Assembly (NCBI RefSeq): GCF_022045235.1
Contig: NW_027266274.1
Coordinates: 10,974,001 to 11,038,000 of the forward strand
Length of the DNA stretch: 64,000 nt
From: Haliotis cracherodii
Lineage: Eukaryota
Direction of reading: 5' to 3'
The first letter of the stretch is position 1. Each line of letters starts with the position of its first letter. The notes below the pieces were generated by a model. The model had not been told where the DNA came from and ran no database searches. It saw only the letters and a list, made by a program, of their open reading frames with translations. This document shows, piece by piece, positions 1-11,899 of the stretch. The position numbers and the translations under genes are program-made.

Positions 1-890
1 TTCGTGTACAGAGTGGCGAGTCCTGATCCTGTCTGTCAGTTCGTCTACAGAGTGGGAAGGCCTTATTGTGTCTGTTAGTTCGTGTACAGAGTGGCGAGTC
101 CTGATTGTGTCTGTTAGTTCGTCTACAGAGTGGCGAGGCCTTATTGTGTCTGTTAGTTCGTGTACAGAGAGGCGAGTCATGATTGTGTCAGTTCGTCTAC
201 AGAGTGGCGAGGCCTTATTGTGTCTGTAAGTTCGTCTACACGAGGGTCGAGTACTGATTGTGTCTGTTAGTTCGTCTACACGAGCGATGAGGTCTTGTTG
301 TGTCTGTTAGTTCTTCTACACGACCGGCAAATCCTGATTGTGTCTGTTAGTTCGTCTTCAGAGAGTTGAGTCATGATTGTGTCAGTTCGTGTTCAGAGAG
401 GCGAATCCTGATTGTGTCTGTGAGTTCGTCTATACGAGCGGCGAGGCCTGATTGTGTCTGTTAGTTCGTCTACACGAGCGGCGAGGCCTTATTGTGTCTG
501 TTACTTTATGTACAGAGAGGTGAGTCCTGACTGTCTGTTAGTTCGTCTCCAGAGAGGCGGGTCCTGATTGTGTCTGTTAGTTCGTCTATACGATCGGGGA
601 GGCCTTATTGTGCCTGTTAGTTCGTCAACAGAGTGACGAGGCCCTATCGTGTCTGTTAGTTCGTCTATACGAGGGGCGAGTTCTGATTGTGTCTGTTAAT
701 TCGTGTACAAAGATAATATGCCCAAATATGTCTGTTAGTTCGTCTACAGAGCGGCGAGGCCTGATTGTGTCTGTTAGTTCTTCTACACGAGCGGCAAATC
801 CTAATTGTGTCTGTTAGTTCGTCTTTAGAAAGGCGAATCCTGATTATGTCTGTTAGTTCTTCTACAGAGTTGCGAGGCCTGATTGTCTGC
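1..890. repeat. Degenerate minisatellite, ~39-bp unit (TTCGTCTACAGAGTGGCGAGGCCTTATTGTGTCTGTTAG)
   Basis: GTGTCTGTTAGTTCGTCTACA recurs about every 39-41 nt; the array runs off the window start. Confidence 0.92.
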
Positions 891-895
891 GAGGA

Positions 896-1075
896 ACGTC
901 TCGTAAGAGGCGACTAACGGGATCTTATGATCAGGCTCGCTCACTTTGTTGATCGTACCGTATCCCAATTTTATCAGATCGGTGTCAATCACTGGATTGC
1001 CTGGTCCAGGATCGATTAGTTACAAATCCCCGTCATATGACTGGAATGTTGCTGAGGGCGACGTTAAACAACAAA
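896..1075 (+). mobile_element. SINE family A (non-tRNA head), 5'-truncated copy
   Basis: TCGTAAGAGGCGACTAACGGGATC...GGAATGTTGCTGAGGGCGACGTTAAACAAC matches full copies such as 51382-51660. Confidence 0.8.
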
Positions 1076-1224
1076 ATACATACAAATTTTAAGAGAATAT
1101 ACTCAGAGACTGCATGACATAAACCAGCACGAATTGACTAGTATAGATATCATAACCTACAGATGTCTTCATCCGTGTTTCCACCAGTCGATACGTCCAC
1201 CATTACAACCCCCAGCCGAGAGAG

Positions 1225-1360
1225 AGTGAGTTAAGTGAGTGAGTTAAAATTGAACGTCACATCGGCAATATTTCAGCCATATCGTGACGAGAACATTAAT
1301 AATACTTGAATTTAGAAAAATATAAAACCTGTCATCAACGGACAGTATAATAACTATTAG
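1225..1360 (-). mobile_element. 3' end of I-superfamily LINE with (ACTC)n tail
   Basis: GAGTGAGTTAAAATTGAACGTCACATCGGCAATATTTCAGCCATATCGTGACG matches the LINE 3' ends at 46853 and 52163. Confidence 0.75.
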
Positions 1361-1369
1361 AGAGAGAGA

Positions 1370-1420
<51 letters not shown>

Positions 1421-1722
1421 GAGAGAGAGACGAACCGACAGAGAGACACATGGAGAGACACACAGAGAGACAAAGACAGAAGACACACACAGAGAGAGAC
1501 AGTGAGAGACACACAGAGACAGAGAAAGACAGAGAGAAAGAGGCAGAGAGACTCACAGAGAGACAAAGACAGAAGAGACACACACAGAGAGACAGTGAGA
1601 GACACACAGAGACAGAGAAAGACAGAGAGAAAGAGGCAGAGAGACTCACAGAGAGACAAAGACAGAAGAGAGACGCACAGAGAGACAGTGAGAGACACAC
1701 AGAGACAGAGACTCACAGAGAG
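1359..1722. repeat. (GA)n microsatellite grading into a compound GA/CA repeat with a ~92-bp higher-order unit
   Basis: Directly visible; the ORFs here are low-complexity artefacts. Confidence 0.9.
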
Positions 1723-2789
1723 AATTTGTTTAATGTAAAGGTTATATATGATCCTGGTTCAATATCTACGCAATAAAAATGCATACGGGAAGTTACAATT
1801 CTCCTCATTGAATCAAATATAAATTCAAAAAATAATTCAAATTTTCCTTTGATATGTACCTCCGTCAACATTAACGATCCGCTCAGATACAGTAAAATAT
1901 TGAACTGAACTTGCTCCGGATTTCACAACGCAAGAAAACCTCAGAGCTACATAACATTATGAAAGTACAGCAGAAATGTAACTGTTTTCCCAAACTGACA
2001 ATTTTGTTTTTTCTTTAATACAGTGATTAATTCAACTGGCATAATCCTACGTATGTCAATATCTTGGTGACATCTGCATATAAATGCGTTGCGTTTGCGG
2101 TCACGTGATCACGATGCAGTGATATATGCCACGAAGTATGTACTCCGTGGTTTCGGCGGAAAAAGCGAGCAAATAAGCATCGCTCCGGACTCTTCCTCGT
2201 AAAGATGACAGAAGCAGTTGATGGATAGTGTCATTTCATACTTCCTTACAAAGGCAGACGACAATTTAGCGCCGCCTAGCGGCATGATGAACGGTAATGG
2301 CGGCAAGCGAAGTAGACGATATATCACGTCTGTCATAATGTGCCTCATCTGTCACGCTTTGCCCCTATACTCAACAGCACCTCTGTTCTGATGAGGGCAC
2401 CATGGATATTTGACTTATTAGCCAGGTAATTTATATTCTGGACGCCCTTGTCGTTTCATATACCTGGAAGCTGTAAGTTGATTGATCGATGTGGGCAACG
2501 ACAGCAGTTGCGATGGCAACGTTTCAAATTGAAACGCATTTAACTCAGAAAAAAATAATTTTACATGACAATGTTTTGTACAAATTATTATAAATTACTT
2601 CAAAATAAAATCTAAAAAGATTTAATATACCGCAGATTTATAATACTGTTTTTAACGTGGGGGTATATGAATTGACACTTTCGCGTCAAAGCTGACACAC
2701 TAGTTGGGAATGGGAATCATGTCTTTTCGTTCGGACGTTCAGACGTTCAGACGTTCAGACAGAGAGTCACTTCACAAAATCTGAGCGTC

Positions 2790-3070
2790 TATTTCACTTA
2801 TTTCGGGATCAGAAAGCAGCAAACATGACAGACAGACAGACAGACAGACAGACAACGAGTATTTTATGGGCCATAGGCCAAGTACAGTATACACGAAGAA
2901 CATGTTTCCTCGATTAATTTCACTTATTACGGGATCGGAAAGCAGCAAACATGACAGACAGACAGATAGACAAAGAGTATTTTATGGGCCATAGGCCAAG
3001 TACAGTATACACGAAAAACATGTTTCCTCGATTTATTTCACTTAATACGGGATCAGAAAGCAGCAAACAT

Positions 3071-3101
<31 letters not shown>

Positions 3102-3162
3102 TGACAGACAGACAGACAACGAGTATTTTATGGGCCATAGGCCAAGTACAGTATACACGAAA
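2790..3162. repeat. Three tandem ~120-bp units, each with a (GACA)n core
   Basis: ATTTCACTTA..CGGGATC.GAAAGCAGCAAACATGACAGAC...GAGTATTTTATGGGCCATAGGCCAAGTACAGTATACACG occurs three times. Confidence 0.9.
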
Positions 3163-3577
3163 AACCCTATTTCACATGGCAAGTATCATATACGCAACTA
3201 TCAATAATATTAATTCTTAGTGCAAATCACCTTTCCCAACCACAGCCCATCTAAGTTGCAAACTAATAATCGAAGTCACGTTGATTCTCTCCTTCATGAT
3301 ATAACGTACACTTTTGGAAAGATTGAATGCCTCACACAATTTCTCCCGTTTTAATAAATGTACAAACTTTAACCTACTTGGGTTTTTAATAACATGTTTA
3401 GGTAAAATATCTTAATCAGATAAATTGATATTTCGGACAAAGAATGAGAACATGATATCAGTAAAGCACGGTGTATTCCATTATATCGATCCGTATACAT
3501 TGTTAACTGTATGAATAATTGAACACACGCGTGTTAGCCAGTCGTTGTTGATACTTAAAAGCAAATACAATAATATA

Positions 3578-3742
3578 CAGTTTAAACGAACTCAAATGGA
3601 CCACTCATTTTAGTTCGTTATAACCGTCGTTCGTAATAAGCATATATACAACATCTATATAGCTAATGGCCGTGACCTAAAATAAAGTTCGTAATATCCG
3701 TCAGTTCGTTATAAGCGTGTTCGTTATAAACGTATTTTGCTG
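3578..3742. mobile_element. Tc1/pogo-type MITE (degenerate copy of 40112-40284)
   Basis: TA-CAGT...CTG-TA ends, internal GTTCGTTATAA repeats, strong similarity to the 40.1-kb copy. Confidence 0.75.
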
Positions 3743-4109
3743 TACATGTGCATGTCAGTTCCTGGATAACACTCAAGGTTTGCGCATGAACAATATAATG
3801 TACGTGCATACACGTGTGTGTACAAGTCTCTGTGAAGTGGATAGGCGTTACTCTACAAACTGTTTCTTGTCTTAAGAATACATGCAAATGTGTCTATGTG
3901 AATGAATAGTTTGTCAACAGAATTATAATGTTTGATATCAATACCTCTATGTGTGTATAATTATGAACCTGTCTTCAGTTGCAACTCACATGCATGTTTT
4001 CGTGACGGATATTCCTGTATTGATGTACTATGTCAAGCTAAACTGCCGGGCAAGTTTTTGATGGGCATTTAGAACTTGTAAAACATGAATACATGAAACT
4101 TTCATGGGT

Positions 4110-4172
4110 CTAACTTCTATATTGTTTGTGATAATGTTTCAGGGCTACTTCTTGTAGCTTCATCAGGTGAAA
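4110..4172 (-). ncRNA. Penelope-type pLTR unit with minimal hammerhead motif (inverted copy of the 5831-6097 unit)
   Basis: Reverse complement reads CCTGATGAAGCTACAAGAAGTAGCCCTGAAACATT...GAAGTT. Confidence 0.6.
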
Positions 4173-4492
4173 ATTCGAACTGAATCTTCAAGACTAGCCA
4201 AAGTAATATACTTGAACAAAACTGTCAGTACTGGAGAAACTCAATTTTACCTTTTATTATAAAGATGTTATTACAGCATGGTGGGATTTCGCTTCTCAAA
4301 TTGACTTTAATATTGTTGAAGGTAATAACATACTTACAGAAAGCATTTTGGATAATAAAAACATACATAATGGCGAAAAAAGTGTTTTCTATAAAGAATG
4401 GTATATCTGTAAGGTCGTTGGATATATGACTTATTCAATGATAACGGGAAACTACTTTCATTTGACGCATTTGTAAAAAGATTTGATATCAG

Positions 4493-4760
4493 TGAGTGAG
4501 TGAGCTGGGTTTAACGCCGGTGTTAACAGTATTCCAGGTATATCGCGGCGTGTCAGCTTAATGTGGGAGGAAAGCCCGAAGTGATGCAGGTCTCAGACGT
4601 TTACCACTTCGGTGAAACCCAAGAGCACGGTCACGGTGCTGTCAAACCTAGAAACATAATCGGGGCGAACCGGGATTCGAACCCTCAATCATAGGTTTCT
4701 GAAGTGCCCAAGGGATGCAACTCTGCACAGTGCCTTAGACGACTGGGCCACCCGCACCCC
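4493..4760 (-). mobile_element. SINE family B (tRNA head with long A-B spacer, V-domain-like core), full length with TSD
   Basis: 14-bp TSD AGATTT(G/A)ATATCAG at 4479-4492 and 4761-4774; B box in reverse (GGGATTCGAACC); (GAGT)n tail. Confidence 0.88.
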
Positions 4761-5548
4761 AGATTTAATATCAGAACAAACTTTTTCATATATTTGGGCG
4801 TTGCTAACTTTGTAAAACACTATTTTCTGAAAGCCAACATACGATTTAAAAAAATATATAATCTGCCTGACCCAATCCAACCCCGATATATACAAATCTA
4901 TTGAAAATCTCACCAGGAACTCAATATTACTGTAAACTGTTATGCGATATGCCGCAAAAATTTACACTTGACAAAATGCGACGTCATCCTACAGAGCAAT
5001 ACCATATCTAACGATTGGCCATACTACAACGTACTTCCGTTTACAAAAGATACTAGTTTACAATGGTTCCAATACAGAATACTACATCGTATCTTATCAA
5101 CTAATATTTTCTTGTCAAAAATAGAATATGTAGATAGCAATAATTGTAGTTTCTGCGCCAAAGACATAGAAACAATCACTTATATATTCTGGGATTGCAT
5201 CAAGGTACACTTTATCGAGAAATTACTCGAAATATGGCTTTACGAGAAAGTAAAAATCACTTTAGACATCACAAAGAGACATGTACTATTTGGTTATCCA
5301 AGTAGAAAGAGTGACCCAATCAACATGATTATTATACTTTTTTAAATTTTATTTTTGAAAAGTAAGTTTTCCAAAATTATGCCACCATTTTATTCTTTCC
5401 AGAATGAATTAAAACAATACTACATTTTCACTAAATGTTCCTCTTTAATCGATTGTAACATTGATTCTATAAATTCTGGTCGTCCTGTCATGCTCTATTG
5501 TCTTAGTTTATAAACACGTTCCACTCTAGTTCTGTACAACATGTACAG

Positions 5549-5717
5549 TGAGTGAGTGAGTGAGTATGGTTTTACGCCGCTTTGTGCAAAATTCCAGCAA
5601 TATCACGGTGGGGGACACCAGAAATGGGCTTCACACATTGTACCCATGTCGTGAATCGAACCCGGGTCTTCGGCGTGACGAGCGAACGCTTTAACCGTCA
5701 GGCTACCCGACCGCCCC
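5549..5717 (-). mobile_element. SINE family C (tRNA-Asp-like head), full length with TSD
   Basis: 13-bp TSD ACAAC(A/T)TGTACAG at 5536-5548 and 5718-5730; matches 48958-49125. Confidence 0.88.
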
Positions 5718-5830
5718 ACAACTTGTACAGAGATGGATGTTAGTTCATATCACCCGGAGGCCATTGTTATCTGTTTTCCTGTAAAATGTGGATAAATGCA
5801 ACAATAGAAAAAAAGTTATTTAATAAAAAA

Positions 5831-6097
5831 GTAGCCCTGAAACGTCGTTACAAAGATAAAGACAATTACCTGATGAAGGGGAAAGAAGTGGCCCTGAAAC
5901 GTCTATACAAAGAATAAAGACATGAGCCTGATGAAGAGGACAGAAGAGGCCCTGAAACGTCGTTACAAGGAATAAAGACATTTACCTGATGAAGGGGAAA
6001 GAAATAGCCCTGGAACGTACTTACAAAGAATAAAGACATTTACCTGATGAAGGGGAAAGAAATAGCCCTGAAACGTATTACAAAGAATAACGAAGTT
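5831..6097 (+). ncRNA. Tandem array of minimal type-I hammerhead ribozyme motifs (58-nt period), Penelope pLTR-like
   Basis: CTGATGA at 5870, 5928, 5986 and 6044, each followed by stem II (AGGG...CCCT; AGAG in the 5928 unit) and GAAACGTC/GTA (GGAAC in the 5986 unit); AATAAA in most units. Confidence 0.75.
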
Positions 6098-6644
6098 GTT
6101 ATCTTTTATTTTGTGCGTTTGCCTTTTTCTTGTCTTGCTGTATTAACGTGCAATGCAGTGAAATGTCATTGGTAACACAAGGATTCGGTGTTTTGCCCAA
6201 CAAACTATTCAACAGTTACTGCCTAAAGAAGACAGGCATTTTCAGACGATAAATCTGCAATTCCTAAATCTACTCATGTTATGCTAGACTTCAAACAAAT
6301 GTACTTACATACAGATTCCTACAGCCTATATTCCCGAATTAATCACGTGTGTCACTTTAATTCCATACTGTGTCATGTTCTGCGTTGACCGCCTCGCTAG
6401 TTTAGTGGATGGAACATGTATCTCAACATTAAATTCTTACAAATCTAAATGCACGTGTTACTGGGGTCCAATGTTGTTACATCCCCTGGGAATTTCTCAA
6501 CCTCGTATTTATTTATTGAGATACAGTCTGATCATTTTGTTTCATAGTTTAATTTCTTATATCGGTAGGTGTCTTAAAACATAGACGCCAATTGTTAAAT
6601 GAAGTTATTATCAAGTAGAAAACTATCCCACCAACAGCGGTGAG

Positions 6645-7030
6645 GTAAGGATAACTGGGGTTTAACACCGCTTCATGATTATTGCACTTATATAGCGACG
6701 TGTGTGTGTGAATGTGGCTGCTTGTATTACTTATGCCGATTCTATAAAGCTACCACACTGAAATATCATACTTCAGTTTGACATGAATACCCCACTCAGA
6801 CACTGTATACTGACTCTGAGCCGACCAGTCCTTGTTTAGGCCCCTCAATACCAAGCACCAGGCAGGGTAACGACAAGTACCATTTTTTAATGGTTCTTTT
6901 AACGACCTTCTGCTCTCGGGGCAGACGCTTTATCCACTAGACCACGCAGGTGGTATTTTGGTATCGAACCCCCGACCTTCCGCTCTCCAGGCAGACGGTC
7001 TATCTATCCACTAGACCACGGAGGCGGTCT
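6645..7030 (-). mobile_element. SINE family D (tRNA head), degenerate, with partial head duplication
   Basis: Reverse-complement match to 63731-64000 (CATGAATACCCCACTCAGACAC.GTATACTGACTC.GAGCCGACCAGTCC; CCACTAGACCACG twice). Confidence 0.75.
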
Positions 7031-7729
7031 ACCCTGCAAGATGTACATGTGGGCAGATAAAAGGGTCATGACAATGACACCAGACACCAGGTAGCTAACA
7101 TGAATGGTTAAAATCCAGCGTTGTTATCCCTCCACCTTGTCTGCTTTTGTGGTTGACAAAATACCTTTAGCTAAGAACAACGATCAAACGAGAAATTGTA
7201 TGCCTCCTTTAAAGCATGGTTGGTGTAAGGTGGTTGTGTTCCAGAGACATCCATAAACAATACATGTACATAGGAAGAACATTCAAAAAGATTAAGACGA
7301 ATGTTTAATGTGAGTATTTTGGTCGCTTACTTAGCTTACAAATACATATACAACAGCCAATCAAAAGCGATTAAAGATCACGTTTTTATTGATTTGCAAA
7401 CGAAATATTACACTGATATATAAAACTATGATTTATTATAAATAAGCCTACTAGTGCTCATACTTTTATGAAAAAAAGGTCAACACAATGAATGATTGCC
7501 CTACATGCCTTCTTAGTAATATATGATTAAAAATTAGTCAACACGTGTGCCTTGAGCCAGAGACGGAACATAACCCCTTCTTGTTACATTGGGACAGTCA
7601 GACGGCATATTAACTGCAGACACCCTTAAGTTTAATGTAAAGTAGTGTCAATGAAATGTGTTTTATGTCGCTGTGGAAACAATGTTACTAAGCGTAATGC
7701 TGAAGGGAATCCAACGTGATTCACGATCT

Positions 7730-10700
7730 TGCGTGGTGTCCTGTCTGATACACGACTCCACATAGCAATACGTCATAATGGTTTTCTATCAGATACACAA
7801 CTCTACATAGCAAACAGTCAATTTGATGTCCTGTCAGGTACACGACACAACTCAGTATTCCGTCATAATGGTGTCCAGTCAGATACCCGACTCTACCTAG
7901 CAATCCGTCATTATGTTTGATTTAATAAAATACACGACTCTATATAGCAATCGGTCGTAGGGTGTCCTGACAGATACACGATTCTGCCTAGGATTCCGTC
8001 ATAATGTTTTTCTACCAGATACATGACTCTACTTAGCAATCCGTCCTAATGGTGTCCTTCGGTTACACGACTCCACCTAGCAAACAGTTATAATGGTGTC
8101 CTGTCAGATACACGACTCTACCTAGCAAACAGTTATAATGGTGTCCTGTCAGATACACGACTCTACCTACCAAAAAACAGTTATAATAGTGTCCTGTCAG
8201 ATACACGACTCTACCTAGCAAACAGTTATAATGGTGTCCTGTCAGATACACGACTCCACCTAGCAAACAGTTATAATAGTGTCCTGTCAGATACACGACT
8301 CTACCTAGCAAACAGTTATAATGGTGTCCTGTCAGATACACGACTCCAACTAGCAAACAGTTATAATAGTGTCCTGTCAGATACACGACTCTACCTAGCA
8401 AACAGTTATAATGGTGTCCTGTCAGATACATGACTCTACTTAGCAATCCGTCCTAATGGTGTCCTGTCGGATACGCGACTCCACCTAGCAAACAGTTATA
8501 ATAGTGTCCTGTCAGATACACGACTCCACCTAGCAAACAGTTATAATGGTGTCCTGTCAGATACACGACTCTACCTAGCAAACAGTTATAATGGTGTCCT
8601 GTCAGATACACGACTCCACCTAGCAAACAGTTATAATGGTGTCCTGTCAGATACACGACTCTGCCTAGCAAACACTTATAATGGTGTCCTGTCAGATACA
8701 CGACTCCACCTTGCAAACAGGTATAATTGTGTCCCGTCAGATACCCGACTCTACCTAGCAAACAGTTATAATGGTGTCCTGTCAGATACACGACTCCACC
8801 TAGCAAACAGTTATAATAGTGTCCTGTCAGATACACGACTCTACCTAGCAAACAGTTATAATAGTGTCCTGTCAGATACACGACTCCAACTAGCAAACAG
8901 TTATAATAGTGTCCCGTCAGATACACGACTCTACCTAGCAAACAGTTATAATAGTGTCCTGTCAGATACACGACTCTACCTAGCAAACAGTTATAATGGT
9001 GTCCTGTCAGATACACGACTCCACCTAGCAAACAGTTATAATAGTGTCCTGTCAGATACACGACTCTACCTAGCAAACAGTTATAATGGTGTCCTGTCAG
9101 ATACACGACTCTACCTAGCAAACAGTTATAATAGTGTCCTGTCAGATACACGACTCCAAGTAGCAAGCAGTTATAATAGTGTCCTGTCAGATACACGACT
9201 CTACCTAGCAAACAGTTATAATAGTGTCCTGTCAGATACACGACTCTACCTAGCAAACAGTTATAATGGTGTCCTGTCAGATACACGACTCCACCTAGCA
9301 AACAGTTATAATAGTGTCCTGTCAGATACACGACTCTACCTAGCAAACAGTTATACTGGTGTCCTGTCAGATACCCGACTCTACCTAGCAATCCGTCATT
9401 ATGTTTGATTTAATAAAATACACGACTCTACATAGCAATCCGTCGTAATGGTGTCCTGTCACACACACGACTCTACCTAGAAATCCGTCATTATGTTTTA
9501 TTTTATAAAATACACGACTCTATATAGCAATCCATCGTAGGGTGTCCTGACAATTACACGATTCTGCCTAGGATTCCGTCATAATGTTTTTCTACCAGAT
9601 ACATGACTCTACTTAGCAATCCGTCCTAATGGTGTCCTTCGGATACACGACTCCACCTAGCAAACAGTTATAATGGTGTCCTGTCAGATACACGACTCCA
9701 GCTAGCAAACAGTTATAATGGTGTCCTGTCAGATACACGACTCTACCTAGCAAACAGTTATAATAGTGTCCTGACAGATACACGACTCTACCTAGCAAAC
9801 AGTTATAATGGTGTCCTGTCAGATACACGACTCTACCTAGCAAACAGTTATAATAGTGTCCTGTCAGATACACGACTCTACCTAGCAAACAGTTATAATG
9901 GTGCCCTGTCAGATACACGACTCTACCTAGCAAACAGTTATAATGGTGTCCTGTCAGATACACGACTCCACCTAGCAAACAGTTATAATAGTGTCCTGTC
10001 AGATACACGACTCTACCTAGCAAACACTTATAATGGTGTCTTGTCAGATACACGACTCTACCTAGCAAACAGGTATAATGGTGTCCCGTCAGATACCCGA
10101 CTCTACCTAGCAATCCGTCATTATGTTTTATTTTATAAAATACACGACTCTATATAGCAATCCATCGTAGGGTGTCCTGACAATTACACGATTCTGCCTA
10201 GGATTCCGTCATAATGTTTTTCTACCAGATACATGACTCTACCTAGCAATCCGTCCTAATGGTGTCCTTCGGATACACGACTCCAACTAGCAAACAGTTA
10301 TAATGGTGTCCTGTCGGATACACGACTCCACCTAGCTAACAGTTTTAATGGTGTCCTGTCAGATACACGACTCTACCTAGCAAACAGTTATAATAGTGTC
10401 CTGTCAGATACACGACTCTACCTAGCAAACAGTTATAATAGTGTCCTGTCAGATACACGACTCCACCTAGCAAACAGTTATGATAGTGTCCTGTCAGATA
10501 CACGACTCTACCTAGCAAACAGTTATAATAGTGTCCTGTCAGATACACGACTCCACCTAGCAAACAGTTATAATAGTGTCCTGTCAGATACACGATTCCA
10601 CCTAGCAAACAGTTATAATGGTGTCTTGTCAGATACACGATTCCACCTTGCAAACAGTTATAATGGTGTCCTGTCAGATACACGACTCTACCTAGTAAGC

Positions 10701-11700
10701 AGTTATAATTGTGTCCTGTAAGATACACGACTCTACCTAGCAAGCAGTTATAATGGTGTCCTGTCAGATACACGACTCCACCTAGCAAACAGTTATAATA
10801 GTGTCCTGTAAGATACACGACTCTACCTAGCAAACAGTTATAATGGTGTCCTGTCAGATACACGACTCTACCTAGCAAACAGTTATAATAGTGTCCTGTC
10901 AGATACACGATTCCACCTAGCAAACAGTTATAATGGTGTCTTGTCAGATACACGATTCCACCTTGCAAACAGTTATAATGGTGTCCTGTCAGATACACGA
11001 CTCTACCTAGCAAACAGTTATAATGGTGTCCTGTCAGATACACGACTCTACCTAGCAAACAGTTATAATAGTGTCCTGTCAGATACACGACTCTACCTAG
11101 CAAACAGTTATAATAGTGTCCTGTCAGATACCCGATTCCACCTAGCAAACAGTTATAATGGTGTCTTGTCAGATACACGATTCCACCTTGCAAACAGTTA
11201 TAATGATGTCCTGTCAGATACACGACTCTACCTAGCAAGCAGTTATAATGGTGTCCTGTCAGATACCCGATTCCACCTAGCAAACAGTTATAATGGTGTC
11301 TTGTCAGATACACGATTCCACCTTGCAAACAGTTATAATGATGTCCTGTCAGATACACGACTCTACCTAGCAAGCAGTTATAATGGTGTCCTGTCAGATA
11401 CACGACTCTACCTACCAAAAAACAGTTATAATGGTGTCCTGTCAGATACACGACTCTACCTAGCAAACAGTTATAATAATGTCCTGTCAGATACACGACT
11501 CTACCTAGCAAGCAGTTATAATGGTGTCCTGTCAGATACACGACTCTACCTAGCAAACAGTTATAATAGTGTCCTGTCAGATACACGACTCTATCCAGCA
11601 AACATTCAATTTTTTTTCATAAAATACACGACTCCACATAGCAAGCAGTTGTTATTGTGTCCTGACAGATACACGAAGCTACTCTACCTAGCAGGTAGCA
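7730..11700. repeat. 45-bp minisatellite (GTCCTGTCAGATACACGACTCTACCTAGCAAACAGTTATAATGGT) with higher-order variant blocks
   Basis: About 85 units; a length divisible by 3 explains the 15-aa repeat ORFs on both strands. Confidence 0.96.
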
Positions 11701-11899
11701 GTAAATTACGACACATGGCAACTTATATGCCAGTCAAAACATGTGTCAAACGTGCGAAAGAAAACATTACGGGCGTTTATGATATATTAGGGAATAAATA
11801 TGAAAACCAACTATGAGTTGACGAGATAAGACGTAAAATGAGTCACCTGTTTCTATATCAGGTCGTGCATGCCTTTTAAGTACACAATTGTGCTTTTCG

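Larger units (their letters stand above)
4175..5830 (+). mobile_element. 5'-truncated, decayed L1/Tx1-clade LINE (ORF2 C-terminus, zf-RVT), interrupted by two SINEs
   Basis: ORF 4968-5345 has LQWFQYRILHRILSTN...CSFC...ETITYIFWDC; A-rich 3' end at 5800-5830; similar to 14568-15064. Confidence 0.8.

Noticed and set aside
8063-11816. Long ORFs (up to 418 aa) with 15-aa repeats; superficial CRISPR-like periodicity
   Set aside because: Pure 45-bp tandem repeat with no unique spacers, no cas genes, and no signal peptide or splice context.
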